This document shows positions 1-12,702 of a stretch of DNA of 64,000 nt, in pieces. Below the pieces are notes generated by a model, which was not told where the DNA came from, searched no databases, and was given only the letters and a program-made list of their open reading frames with translations. The translations under genes were made by a program, and so were the position numbers. The stretch is from the NCBI GenBank assembly GCA_964016885.1, contig OZ024760.1, forward strand, positions 12,896,001 through 12,960,000, given 5' to 3'. This DNA is from Eledone cirrhosa (taxonomy: Eukaryota). Each line of letters opens with the position of its first letter. Within the stretch, counting starts at the first letter, position 1.

Positions 1-143
<143 letters not shown>

Positions 144-254
144 TTTAACTATATATATTTAGATTTCCGGTAAAGTTAAAGTCAGTAAAAGCTACTCAAC
201 AGAAGTTTCTCTGTCAACGAGACGCAGATGAGAATTAAACTGAGGAGAAACGAT

Positions 255-392
255 ATTTGATTGGCTGATTGACTAATACTGACATTGCTATGGAAACCGA
301 CTCTTTAGCTAATTAGCCGTACCGACCTTAAGCTTACCTTAATCCAAAGCTGTTAACACGCCGTCCCCAGAGGTTCCACGGTCGCCATTAAC
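255..392. promoter_or_regulatory. Promoter-like / first-exon-like unique segment (CCAAT, X-box-like motif, CGCCAT, splice donor on minus)
   Basis: ATTGG at ~260, ATTGCTATGGAAAC (284-297) resembling the RFX X-box, CGCCATT at ~384, minus-strand AAG|GTAAGC donor at 338/337; CpG-richer than flanks. Confidence 0.25.
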
Positions 393-559
393 TAACTAAT
401 CCTGTCCCCCCCCCCTCCCTCTCTCTTTCTACTTCTATTTCTATTTCTTACCCAATGGAATTAAAATGGACGATTAGTTGTGTTGTTGACAATCACATCG
501 AGGTTATGATGGCGTATTGATAATACCCCAGTGAAGTGTGTTATGGTATCTGGTGGTTA

Positions 560-1085
560 GTGTGGTGGTGGTGGTGGCGGAGAGGGGAAGGTGGTGGTGG
601 TGGAGAGGGGAAAGGTGGTGGTGGTGGAGAGGGGAAGGTGGTGGTGGTGGAGAGGGGAAGGTGGTGGTGGCGGAGAGGGGAAGGTGGTGGTGGCGGAGAG
701 GGGAAGGTGGTGGTGGTGGTGGAGAGTAAGTTGTTGTTGTTGTTGGTATTTGTGGTGGTGTGGTGGTATTTGTCGTAGTGTCTCGTGGTGTTGGTGGAAA
801 GTAAGTTGGTGGTGGTGGTGGTGGTGGTGTTTGGTGGTTGTAGTGGCGGTGGTGGTGGTGGTGGTGTTTGGTAGTTATTGTGGCAAGAGGTGGTGGCGGT
901 GGTTGTGGTCGTTGTGGTGGTGGAGGTTTCGTTTGGTGGTGGTGGTGGTAATGGGGATGAAATAGGTGGAGGTAGCGATGGTTTGGTGGAGGCGGTGGTA
1001 ATAGAAATGAGGAAGGTGGTGGTGGCGGTGGTTTGGTGTTGGTGGCGGTAATGGAGAAGAGGAAGGTGTTGGTGGCGGTAATGGA
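560..1085. repeat. (GGT)n-based G-rich tract with a ~21 bp GGTGGTGGTGGAGAGGGGAA unit
   Basis: Directly visible tandem repetition. Confidence 0.9.
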
Positions 1086-1220
1086 GAAGATAGTGCTGAT
1101 GTAGATTTAATTATTTTTAGCTCCTATCTATTTTAAAACATTTCTGAACTATTGTAATCTGAAACATAGTCACGTGGTTTGTAGTTTTACTTTTGTCTCA
1201 CTCGCTTTGATCGATTCTAG

Positions 1221-1420
1221 GAGGCGAGTTGGCTTAGTTGTTAGGGTGTAGGATTAAACACCTGGCTATTTAAACCACCTCATTGCGTTCAAATCTCGCT
1301 GAGGTCAACTTTGCCTTTCATCATTTCCAGGTCCCTATTATACCTTCCGAGGCCTCTTTCTTCATTTTGAGGTCAAAAGAAAGAAAGGCAAAGTTAACCT
1401 CGGCGAGATTTGAACTCAGT
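1221..1420. mobile_element. Two partial SINE (family S1) copies in inverted orientation
   Basis: Plus copy: tRNA-like head, then GTTCAAATCTCGCTGAGGTCAACTTTGCCTTTC; minus copy GAAAGGCAAAGTTAACCTCGGCGAGATTTGAAC about 60 bp later. Confidence 0.75.
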
Positions 1421-1458
1421 ACTATCAGTCCGAATTAGCTCTGACTGAAAAAAATAAT

Positions 1459-1642
1459 TGTTTCTACTTTAGGCACAAGGCCAGCAATTACCCAATGCAT
1501 TACTGGTACTTTATTTTATCGACCCCGTAAGGATGAAAGGCAAAGTCAACCTCGGCGGGATTTGAACTCAGATCATAAAGGGACGTAACTATGCTGGAAA
1601 GCATGGCGTTCGACCCTCTACCGATACTGCCAATCTACCGCC
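1459..1642 (-). mobile_element. Full-length tRNA-derived SINE (family S1) with 18 bp target-site duplication
   Basis: A-box/B-box-like head (TGGCAGTATCGG...GTTCAAATCC), central GCCGAGGTTGACTTTGCCTTTCATCCTTACGGGGTCGATAAAATAAAGTACC, tail GTAGAAACAATT; CTGACTGAAAAAAATAAT at 1441-1458 and 1643-1660. Confidence 0.9.
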
Positions 1643-1975
1643 CTGACTGAAAAAAATAATGCAGCCCTATCAATCTAATCTAAAAGAACATTTACGTGTT
1701 CAATGGAACTGGTAGAAAACTTTCACTTCTGAAAAATCACACACTAAGATAAAAAAACAACAACAACTAAAAACTGGGATGCATTGCATAATGTAGTCAT
1801 GGCTTATTATCTATATCTTAACAGATACAGCGGAATGGTCGCGGAAGGAACGTCTACCTTAATATTTCTGCTTAATCAGATACGACTTGGTGTTAAATTT
1901 TAACAAGATAAGAAATCTGTTAATTTCAAAATTTATAATATAATATAGTATAATATAAATAATATAAATATAAAT

Positions 1976-2011
<36 letters not shown>

Positions 2012-2158
2012 TTGTATATATATGTATATATTTGTATATATATATATATGTATATATTTGTATATATATATATATATATGTATATATTTGTATATATATA
2101 TATATATGTATATATTTGTATATATATATATATGTATATATTTGTACATATATATTTG

Positions 2159-2190
<32 letters not shown>

Positions 2191-2837
2191 CATACAAAAG
2201 CCTATCAAATCTAATAATAAAAATAATAATAATAAATATAAAATAACAAGAAATTAAAATTTATAATTATATTTTACAAAATAGATAGACAATGTTATTT
2301 TTTTTCTTTTCTTCTCATTTCCTTCTTAAAGAAAGCCAAAAATATATTTCTTTAAGAATTCATCAGCAATTAATTTCTAAGTAGAAACTGTCTGTAAGAC
2401 TTATCTCTGAGTTTTTTTTATTTATAAAAAGATATATCTATCGGTTGAAAGTTATTGTATATAAAACGGTACGTTGAATAATATATATATATATATATAC
2501 ATATACACACACTATATATATATATATATACAGACACCTATGATTTCCTTCATCTTTTTTCATAGTGTTCTCCTTAATTGTTTTAATATATATATATATA
2601 TATATAATGTTTATATATATATATATATATATATATGTACATATATAGAGAGATATGTATATATACACATACATATATGTATATATATTCTTTTACAGGA
2701 ACAAATAGAAGTCTGACTTATTAAAAAAAAGCCGTCTTCAGATAAGAAATTCATTGAAAACGGAAGATACTGAGCGAGAATTTCAGTGTTGGTAGTTTAA
2801 GAGAAATTTCAAAGTAGATTTTGAGATTACATCATTC

Positions 2838-3052
<215 letters not shown>

Positions 3053-3204
3053 GGACATATGTATGTATATATATATATTTATATATATATATTATATATA
3101 TATGGACATATGTATGTATATATATTTATATATATATATTATATATATATGGACATATGTATGTATATATATATATTTATATATTATATATATATAGACA
3201 TATG

Positions 3205-3256
<52 letters not shown>

Positions 3257-3268
3257 TATGTATGTATG

Positions 3269-3303
<35 letters not shown>

Positions 3304-3465
3304 CTATATATATATACGATAGGTGGCTGAGATTACTTAATGAATTTACATTATCAGCGGGCAAGATGGATAACTGATAGACATTTTAATCAAAATACCG
3401 ATAATATAAGAGAGGATAAAATTATATAAACATATATATATATATTATATACGTATATATAATAT

Positions 3466-3509
<44 letters not shown>

Positions 3510-3568
3510 AATTATATATAATATGGTTATATATATATATATATAATGTATAAATTATATATAATATG

Positions 3569-3602
<34 letters not shown>

Positions 3603-3682
3603 GTATAAATTATATATAATATGCTTATATATATATATTATATATATAATATGTTTATATATATATATTATATATATAATAT

Positions 3683-3713
<31 letters not shown>

Positions 3714-3888
3714 ATGTATAAATTATATATAATATGTTTATATATATATATATATAATATATATTATATATATAATATATATTATATATATAATATGTTT
3801 ATATATATATATAATATATATTATATATATGTTTATATACATACATACATATATGTTTATATATATATATATATATATATAATATGTT

Positions 3889-3933
<45 letters not shown>

Positions 3934-4324
3934 AATATATATATTGTATATATATATATATCAATATATGTTTATATATACATGCATATATATAATATAT
4001 ATAATATATATATAATATATATTATATACATATATAATACATATATATATATTCCGAGATTATCTTTGTATTATGTATTAAGTAAAACAATGAAATGCTA
4101 TTTTGTATAAGCCACTTAGAAAATATGTTTATCATCTCCATCTTAATGAAATGTATTTCCTTTGAGTACATACCAATATACCAGACCAATTACTACTACT
4201 ACTACTACTACCACCATTATTATCATTTATCTTATTTATTTTTTACTAAATATGGTTATTATAATTGATTGAATAGAATCTAGTATATTGCTAGTACATT
4301 ATTGATATATATATATATATATAA

Positions 4325-4514
4325 TGGCCGTGGATTGGCAGTATCGGTAGAGAGTCGGACGCCATGCTTTCCAGCATAGTTACGTCCCTTTACGATCTGA
4401 GTTCAAATCTCGCCGAGGTTGACTTTGCTTTTCATCCTTACGGGGTCGATAAAATAAAGTACCAGTAATGCACTGGGTAATTGCTGGCCTTGTGCCTAAA
4501 GTAGAAACAATTAT
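4325..4514 (+). mobile_element. Full-length SINE S1
   Basis: Near-identical to 1459-1642 in opposite orientation. Confidence 0.9.
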
Positions 4515-4534
4515 TGATATATATATAGAGATAG

Positions 4535-4641
4535 AAAAAGGTATGACCCCGACGGTAGAGCTCAAGCCGTTCCGTCGGCTATTTCTAGACGTACTCTGGT
4601 GCGTTCTGGTCCATCTGGTTCCTTACCACAATTCCTTCGTT
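4535..4641. mobile_element. Penelope-like terminal fragment, family B (inverted 5' piece plus forward 3' end)
   Basis: GACCCCGACGGTAGAGCTCAAGCCGTT joined to GTACTCTGGTGCGTTCTGGTCCATCTGGTTCCTTACCAC; flanked by TA repeats; 7 related copies in window. Confidence 0.55.
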
Positions 4642-4662
4642 ATATATATGTATACATATATA

Positions 4663-4701
<39 letters not shown>

Positions 4702-5975
4702 TTATATATGTATATATACACACACAGACTTGCCCATATATTTATACACACACACATATATAATGGACGTTGTGCCAAAGTCTACATTATCTAATGTATC
4801 CCTTATTTTTGAAGGCCGTTTGATATGATTTTGAGGGGAGAAATTGTGCTGTTTTATCTAGCAAATTGAGCGAGCAGGCTGAAGCTCCATCAAAACACAT
4901 ATGAACTTTTAATATATTTTTTGCAGTTATTTTTAATTTGTCGAAAAATATCTTCATGTCAGCCATCTTTAATATTCTCATTAATATCAATAAAAAGCTT
5001 GAAATTTATCAAGTTCGATCATCCTCATCTATATTCCCTATATTACTCTGTGGCGGGGGATTGGAGGGTGGCGATTGGGTTTAACAAGACAATTTATTCT
5101 GAAGTAAAATATATCGAAATAAACGCGAGAAAGAAGTCACTCATCACAACAACACCACCACCAACAACAAGAAACATTTCTTTCCTAGCATTAAGCAAAG
5201 AAATTTTAACACGTCATTTGCTGCAAAGCAATTTCTATGTCAACGTTTTAAATTCTTCTCAGAAAACGGACAGCATAAACATACAGATGATATATTTGTT
5301 TGGAATTAGGACAGAAAGTTTGTGTGTAAATACGTGTTAAATTACTTGAAACTTTAACGACACTCTTGCTTAAACAGCCCCTCAAGTATCGAATGACAGT
5401 GAAAAGCTGTTTACGAATTAATAGCTGTTAAAAGTCGACAAAACTCAACAAGTGTGTGTAATAGATTCGTTAAACTTAAACAAACCCTCTTCATTCAATG
5501 TCTTCTCAGACTGTTTATGTTGAATGAACCATAAAGACTCTATGTAAACAAATACTTAAACTTACACGGATTAAAACTTCGTATCATATCCAGGTCGTTT
5601 TCTTACTCGAAAATAAAATGAGATTGGCTGAAATATTTTCAATGCTTCGTTTGTATTTCGTTCAAAGTTAATCAACCCATGCGTCTTGGAACGAGACTTC
5701 GTTATGTAAGTATATGTGTATATATACATTATCCGGAGTTGTGCATTCAACTCTCTCTATCTATCTGTCTATATATCTATCTAACTATAAGTACATATCG
5801 ATCTATCTATCTGACTGTCTGTCTGTCTGTCTTTCTAAGTATGTTGGCAGAATTTTAATTCACTGATCTGTCGTCCAATGTGCCGAATCGGGATTAATAG
5901 TATCTACATGGAAGCTAAGAGCTTGTAAAAACTAGTTACATCATGTTCTTAACAAACAAACCGTAACTAACTCTT

Positions 5976-6246
<271 letters not shown>

Positions 6247-6261
6247 CTTGAGAGGGAGAGG

Positions 6262-6339
<78 letters not shown>

Positions 6340-6374
6340 TAGATAGATAGATAGAAAGAGAGAGAGAAAGAGGA

Positions 6375-6512
6375 AGTGAGTAAGAGATATAGAGGAAGAA
6401 TCGACTCCAGTAGTAGACTGGTACGTATCTTATTGACCTGGAAAGAACGGAAGCCAAATAAGACCTCGGCGTGTTTTGAACTCCCAGAGCGCTGAGTGCC
6501 GAAACCAATACC
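6375..6512 (-). mobile_element. Diverged SINE S1 long-tail subfamily fragment
   Basis: AGAGATATAGAGGAAGAATCGACTCCAGTAGTAGACTGGTAC...GACCTCGGCGTGTTTTGAACTC matches copies at 24.7, 25.0 and 49.4 kb. Confidence 0.65.
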
Positions 6513-6839
6513 ACAATATTTATATCATAATCTCTTGTAATAAACGCACTAAATATAGCAGAGAATGAAGAACTCGTTCACCGATCACACAGTTAATATG
6601 ATGTTTGTCTGAAACCTGTTAAATAATACTAATAATGAAAGAATAAATTTAATTTAATTAATAGTGTAATTAAACGAATTAATAAAAACTGAAATTAATT
6701 CTAAACTTCTATTGTGAACTCGGAATTAAACATGTATGTTTGTTTTAAACAGTTCATATTTCGGAAATATGAGAAACAGTTTATGTGAATGGAAATCTCT
6801 CAGACATTAAAAACTAGTTGGAACCTCGTCAATGTAATG

Positions 6840-7425
6840 ATAATTGTTTCTACTTTTGGCACAAGGCCAACAAATAACCCAGTGTATTACTGGTACTTTA
6901 TTTTATGTATAATAATTGTTCTACTTTTGGCACAAGGCCAGCAATTTACCCCAGTGTATTACTGGTACTTTATTTTATGTATAATAATTGTTTCTACTTT
7001 TGGCACAAGGCCAGCAATTTACCCCAGTGTATTACTGGTACTTTATTTTATGTATAATAATTGTTTCTACTTTTGGCACAAGGCCAGCAATTCACCCCAG
7101 TGTATTACTGGTACTTTATTTTATGTATAATAATTGTTTCTACTTTTGGCACAAGGCCAGCAATTTACCCCAGTGTATTACTGGTACTTTATTTTCTCGA
7201 CCACGTAAGGATGAAAGTTAACCTTGGCGGGATGCGAACTCAAAATGGCAAGGGCCGTAACTCCGCGTCAAAGCATGGCGTCCGACACTCTGCCGATACT
7301 GACAATCCATGTTTCTACTCTAGGCACAAGGCCAGCAATTGAAGGGGAGGATACTGGTGCTTTATTTTATCGACCTCGTCAGGATGGAAGGCAAAGTTAA
7401 CCTCGGCGGGATTTAAACTCAGAAG
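6840..7425 (-). repeat. Tandem array (~5 x ~73 bp) of the SINE S1 3' tail attached to a SINE body, plus a further partial copy
   Basis: Repeated AATAATTGTTTCTACTTTTGGCACAAGGCCAGCAATTTACCCCAGTGTATTACTGGTACTTTATTTTATGTAT. Confidence 0.9.
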
Positions 7426-7985
7426 GTAAGGATGGAGTGGGGATGTGAGACATACATACATATACATACATTATATATATATATATATATATATAGTGTA
7501 TATATATAGTATATCTATCTATATATATATATATGGTGAAAGGAAGGTGTAGGGTGGAAGGTGAGTATATACAGGTGCTACTGTAGCGTGTGGTCTACAG
7601 AATCATTAACATTATCGCGTGCTATCTACCTGAGATATTTACACGGCAGGATAACAAACAAACAAACAAACAAACAAACAATTCAATAAATAAATAAATA
7701 AAACAAAACCTAAATTAAAATACAAAATAAATACAAAAAGAATAAAAGATTTTGTTGATTCATTTTGGGGAAAAAACTAAGAAGGAAATAATCTGCATGT
7801 TAGTATATTGTAGTAAGTTATACTGGGTAGCTGTAGGGTGGATAAACCCTTTTATAAGGGTGGGGTGACAGGAAGGGGAAGAGAGGTGGTGGTGGGGAGG
7901 TGTTACGTGTGGTGGGGTGAGGTGAAATAAAAGGGGTAACTTGGCAGATCCTAGTTAAAGTACCATAGATTACAAAAAACTGCAT

Positions 7986-8028
<43 letters not shown>

Positions 8029-8075
8029 TATACATACACAAATATATATATACATAGGCATATATATATACACTA

Positions 8076-8225
8076 GGCCAGAGAGACAACTACAGAAATA
8101 GCCGTCGAAACGGCTTCAGCTCTGCCGTCGGGGTCATGTATTTTCCTATTACCCAGTCTACAACCCTAAGTATTGAGTACTCTGGTGTGTTTTGGTCCAT
8201 CTTGTTCCTTACCACAACTCCTTCG

Positions 8226-8229
<4 letters not shown>
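8076..8229 (+). mobile_element. Family B element retaining most of a hammerhead-like fold
   Basis: GACAACUA-cagaaa-UAGCCGUC (stem II), GAA-ACGGC-uucagcucu-GCCGU-C (stem III, GUC site), then GTATTGAGTAC motif; 5' core degenerate. Confidence 0.55.
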
Positions 8230-8276
<47 letters not shown>

Positions 8277-8449
8277 TACTTGCCCCAGCATCGCCTCAGT
8301 CGGCTGTAAGACATAACGTAAAAGAGTAATATCTAGCTATATATCTACCCCTCTCTCTCTACCTCTCTCTCTCTCTCTATCTATCTATGTAAGAGTGAGC
8401 CTATTATAACTGTGTTCATTTGCCTCCTGTGTTTTGTTCGTCCATTTTC

Positions 8450-8494
<45 letters not shown>

Positions 8495-8641
8495 CAAGAG
8501 CGTGAAACTAATAAACTTTTGTTCGTACTGGCTCTCTGTTTTGTTCCCGTTCCATTTTTCACTATATATATACACACACACACATATATATACATATATA
8601 TATACATACATATATATATATATACATGCATATATATATAT

Positions 8642-8680
<39 letters not shown>

Positions 8681-9173
8681 TGAAACAATTCTCGTCCTGT
8701 AGAATTCATTATAGATATATATTTGGATGTGTATGTGTGTGTAGAAGAAACCATGCATCGCCAAAAAAATGTCACTACCAGTAATGTACTGGTGTTAATT
8801 TAATCGACATTCCCTTCTCTCAAAATTTCTGGCCTTGTTCCCAGATCAGAAACCATCATCATTATTATTAGAGATGTATATTACTAGTTTCCCGTTTACC
8901 CAACTTTGTTTTTATGTCAACATTCCTTCGCATCTAATTTTCAATGAATCTTATCTTATCTCATTTTAATTCCCCCTTTCTTACTTCTATTCTTCAATTG
9001 TTTATTGTATATATATATATACATATAGACACACACATATATATATACATACATACATACATACATGTATACATACAGACACACAAATATATATACATAC
9101 ATATATATATATATTATTACTCTCTAATATACATTATTGTTATGTTTATAGATTCCCACAAATAAATTTGTTG

Positions 9174-9212
<39 letters not shown>

Positions 9213-9232
9213 AATTATTTGTTGCGTTACAT

Positions 9233-9274
<42 letters not shown>

Positions 9275-9345
9275 AATTATTTTCTCTCTCTCTCTATATA
9301 TATGTATATATACATATACACACTCCACACATTATTTGCTGTAAA

Positions 9346-9376
<31 letters not shown>

Positions 9377-9905
9377 ATATATTTTTTCTTTAGCAATCGA
9401 CTCGTTTACTTTACCTTCCATTAATTTTACTACAAGCACTTTTCTGTCTTTTGCAAATCTAATATGGCCACCTTCCGCCTCCCACCACTTACGTAAGGAT
9501 ATATACATTATTATATATATATGATATATATATATATATATATATAAAAATATATATTTACAGGTGTATATGTATATAAATGTATATATATACATATATG
9601 TATGTGCCTGTGACTGTGTTAGCGTGTATGTGTACTTTTATATATGTATATATATGTATATATATATACATGTACACTTATATATGTATATATATATAGA
9701 ATTTATATATATATATATATATAGGTACACTTATATATGTATGTATATATATATATATAGATTTATATATGTATATATATATGTACACTTATATATATGT
9801 ATATATGTATACATAGACTTATATATATATATATGTATACATAGATTTATATATATATATTATATATATAATATATATATTACACTTATATATATGTATA
9901 CATAG

Positions 9906-9943
<38 letters not shown>

Positions 9944-9979
9944 TTATATATGTATGTATATAGTATAGAGAGAGATTTA

Positions 9980-10016
<37 letters not shown>

Positions 10017-10060
10017 TTATATAAATCTCTCTATATATATATACATACATACATATATAA

Positions 10061-10097
<37 letters not shown>

Positions 10098-10225
10098 TAA
10101 ATCTTATATATATATTACATATATAAATCTCTATATATATATACATACATATATATGTATATATATATGTACACATATGTATAAATATATGTACACATAT
10201 ATATGTATATATGTATACATAGATT

Positions 10226-10257
<32 letters not shown>

Positions 10258-10424
10258 TGTAACACTTATATACAAGTATGTATATATATAGATTTATATA
10301 TATATATATATATATGTACACTTATATATATGTATGTATAGAGATTTATATATATATATATATACACTTATATATGAATGTATATATACAGATTTATACA
10401 TATATATATACACATATTTACATA

Positions 10425-10466
<42 letters not shown>

Positions 10467-10715
10467 TATAATATACATATATATATGTGCATATACGTAC
10501 ATGCATACGAACACACACACATCTACACATATATACATCCACAGCTTGACTGCTATTTAAAAATTTCTCATTTTCATTTCTTGTATGACATAGGTCAGTA
10601 AAATAGATTTAACTATTAAAATACTCCTAACACACATACAAACAACACACATATAATACACACACACATAATACACACATACAAACACACACACATCTAC
10701 ACACATAAACCTATT

Positions 10716-10759
<44 letters not shown>

Positions 10760-11682
10760 TAGAGTGTCTGACTATAAGTGAGAGTTTAACATATTTTACA
10801 TTCGAAAACATTACGAACTTATGACATACCATGTTTTGTATGTGTGTGTGTGTGTGCATGAGATCTTGTGTGTGTTTGTGTCTCAGTGTGTGTGGGGGCA
10901 GGTATATATATGTATTTGTGTGTGTATGTATATGTGGGTAAGTATGTGTGTTTATGTATATATATGAGATTTTTGTTGTGTGTGTGCGTATGCGTATGTT
11001 TTCATGTGTTCGCGTATGTGTATGTATGTGTATGTTTATTTCGATGTAGGTTTCTGGTCTTGTATATGTATCTGTGTGTGTGTGTATATATATTATATTA
11101 TATATATATGTGTGTGTGTGTGTGTTTGAGTGTCCGTGTGCTTGTGTGTGTGTGTATGTGTGCGTGAGCGTTTGTGTATGTATATGTGTCTGTGCGTGTG
11201 TGTGTATGTGTATTTAAGTGTACGTTTCTCTCTCTCTCTGTGAATGAGCGTTGTGTATGTGTTTATATATGTGGTGTATGTGTTTATATATGTGTGTATG
11301 TGTGTATATATGTGTGTATGTGTATGCTGTGTATGTGTTTATATGTGTGTATGTGTATGTGTTTATATATGTGTGTATGTGTATGTGTTTGTATGTATGT
11401 GTTTATATGTGTTTATTTACATTCGTTTGCAAATATTTTGGTTCTTTTCACATGTGTATTTAACCACGAACTTCTCTCTACACCCAGAAGACACTGTGGT
11501 AAGTTTACTCTGCTAATCTAACCAGCGATGGCGGCGTAGTAAACCTCACAGGCATGAATCCTTCTTGGATGGCGGCGACTTGGTAGAGTCGTTAAAACAC
11601 CGGAGTTAAAAAAATAATAAGTTAATACCAAACCAAACATTAAAGCATCTATCTATCTAAGGCGGGTAAAATTCTCGAGATC

Positions 11683-11935
11683 CATGGACGAGTTCTCTCC
11701 AGTGGTCTCTGTCCCTCATTATCGCTGCCATGTCCTGCGTCTCCAAAGACCAGTGTCTGTCCTTAGGGCATCAACATACGTTAACCTTGGTCTTCCTCTT
11801 CTAGTGTGTCCATGTAGGGGCTCCCAAAGGAGCACTGAGTGCAATGTCAAATCTGGATGTCGGTGAGCATGTCCAGCTAACCTCAGTCATCCTCTGTGTC
11901 ACTTTTGAGCTGCTCCCATACAGCTCTGAGCATGG
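11683..11935 (-). pseudogene. 3' fragment of RTE/RTEX-type LINE ORF2 (frameshifted)
   Basis: Minus-strand translation LRLAGHAHRHPDLTLHSVLLWEPLHGHTRRGRPRLTYVDALRTDTG...MRDRDHWRELV matches the RTE-group C-terminal pattern (LRxAGH...GxRxRGRP...DRxxWR). Confidence 0.8.
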
Positions 11936-11952
11936 CCCTCCTAAAATATAAT

Positions 11953-12144
11953 AATTGTTTCTACTTTTGGCACAAGGCCAGCAATTATTCCAGTATATTA
12001 CTGGTACTTTATTTTAACGACTCTGTAAGGATGAAAGGCAAAGCTAACCTCGGCGGGATTTGAACTCAGAACGTAAAAGGATATAACTCTATGGCGCAAA
12101 ACATGGTGTCTGATGCTCCACCGATTCTGCCAATGCACCGCCCT
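11953..12144 (-). mobile_element. Full-length SINE S1 with imperfect TSD
   Basis: Same sequence as other S1 copies; CTCCT(A/C)AAATATAATAAT on both sides. Confidence 0.9.
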
Positions 12145-12226
12145 CTCCTCAAATATAATAATAAAACACACTCACTGTTATATGTATTATACACACACAC
12201 ACACACACACCTATATATATATATAT

Positions 12227-12468
12227 ATATTTATTAAAATACCAGATTAAAGTTTAAGCAAAGAATCGCTGCTTTCACCCTTAACGGGATCTTCTGAAAC
12301 TTCTGAGTTTCAGAAGATCCCGTTAAGGGTGAAAGCAGCGATTCTTTGCTTAAACTTTAATCTGTTATTTTAATAAATATTTGCTCTACGGTTCTTATAT
12401 ATTTGATATATATTTATCCTTATCGAGCCCTCTTTGGATTTTAGTCTTCAAAGTTATTTTTATTACTA
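12227..12468. mobile_element. Penelope-like family A element: 75 bp-arm palindrome containing a hammerhead-like motif on both strands, plus unique 3' tail
   Basis: Arms 12227-12301 and 12306-12380 (1 mismatch, 4 nt loop); tail ...TTATCGAGCCCTCTTTGGATTTTAGTCTTCA; inserted in (TA)n; related copies at 25.9, 33.9 and 42.8 kb. Confidence 0.7.
12306..12356 (+). ncRNA. Putative type I hammerhead ribozyme variant (core CAGAAGA)
   Basis: AGUUU-CAGAAGA-U-CCC-guuaa-GGG-U-GAA-AGCAG-cgauucu-UUGCU-U-AAACU: stems I, II and III all pair; predicted cleavage after CUU at 12351. Confidence 0.5.
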
Positions 12469-12544
12469 TATATATATATATATATATCCTAACGATCGAC
12501 TTTCGTCAAATCGGACCGAGGAAACAGTGTTTCCATTGGTCTGT

Positions 12545-12702
12545 CCAATTGCTAATACTATCTATCGGTCGCAACTCCAGGTAGAAGGAGCAACGTGAAA
12601 TAAAGTGTCTTGCTCAAGGACATAACGCATCGGTCGGTCCAGGAATCGAACTCACAACCTCACGATTGCGAATCCAGTTCCCTAACCACTCAGCCACACG
12701 CC
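12545..12702 (-). mobile_element. tRNA-derived CORE-like SINE (family S2)
   Basis: Minus: GGCGTGTGGCTGAGTGGTTAGG...GAGTTCGATTCC...TGTCCTTGAGCAAGACACTTTATTTCACGTTGCTCC. Confidence 0.8.
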
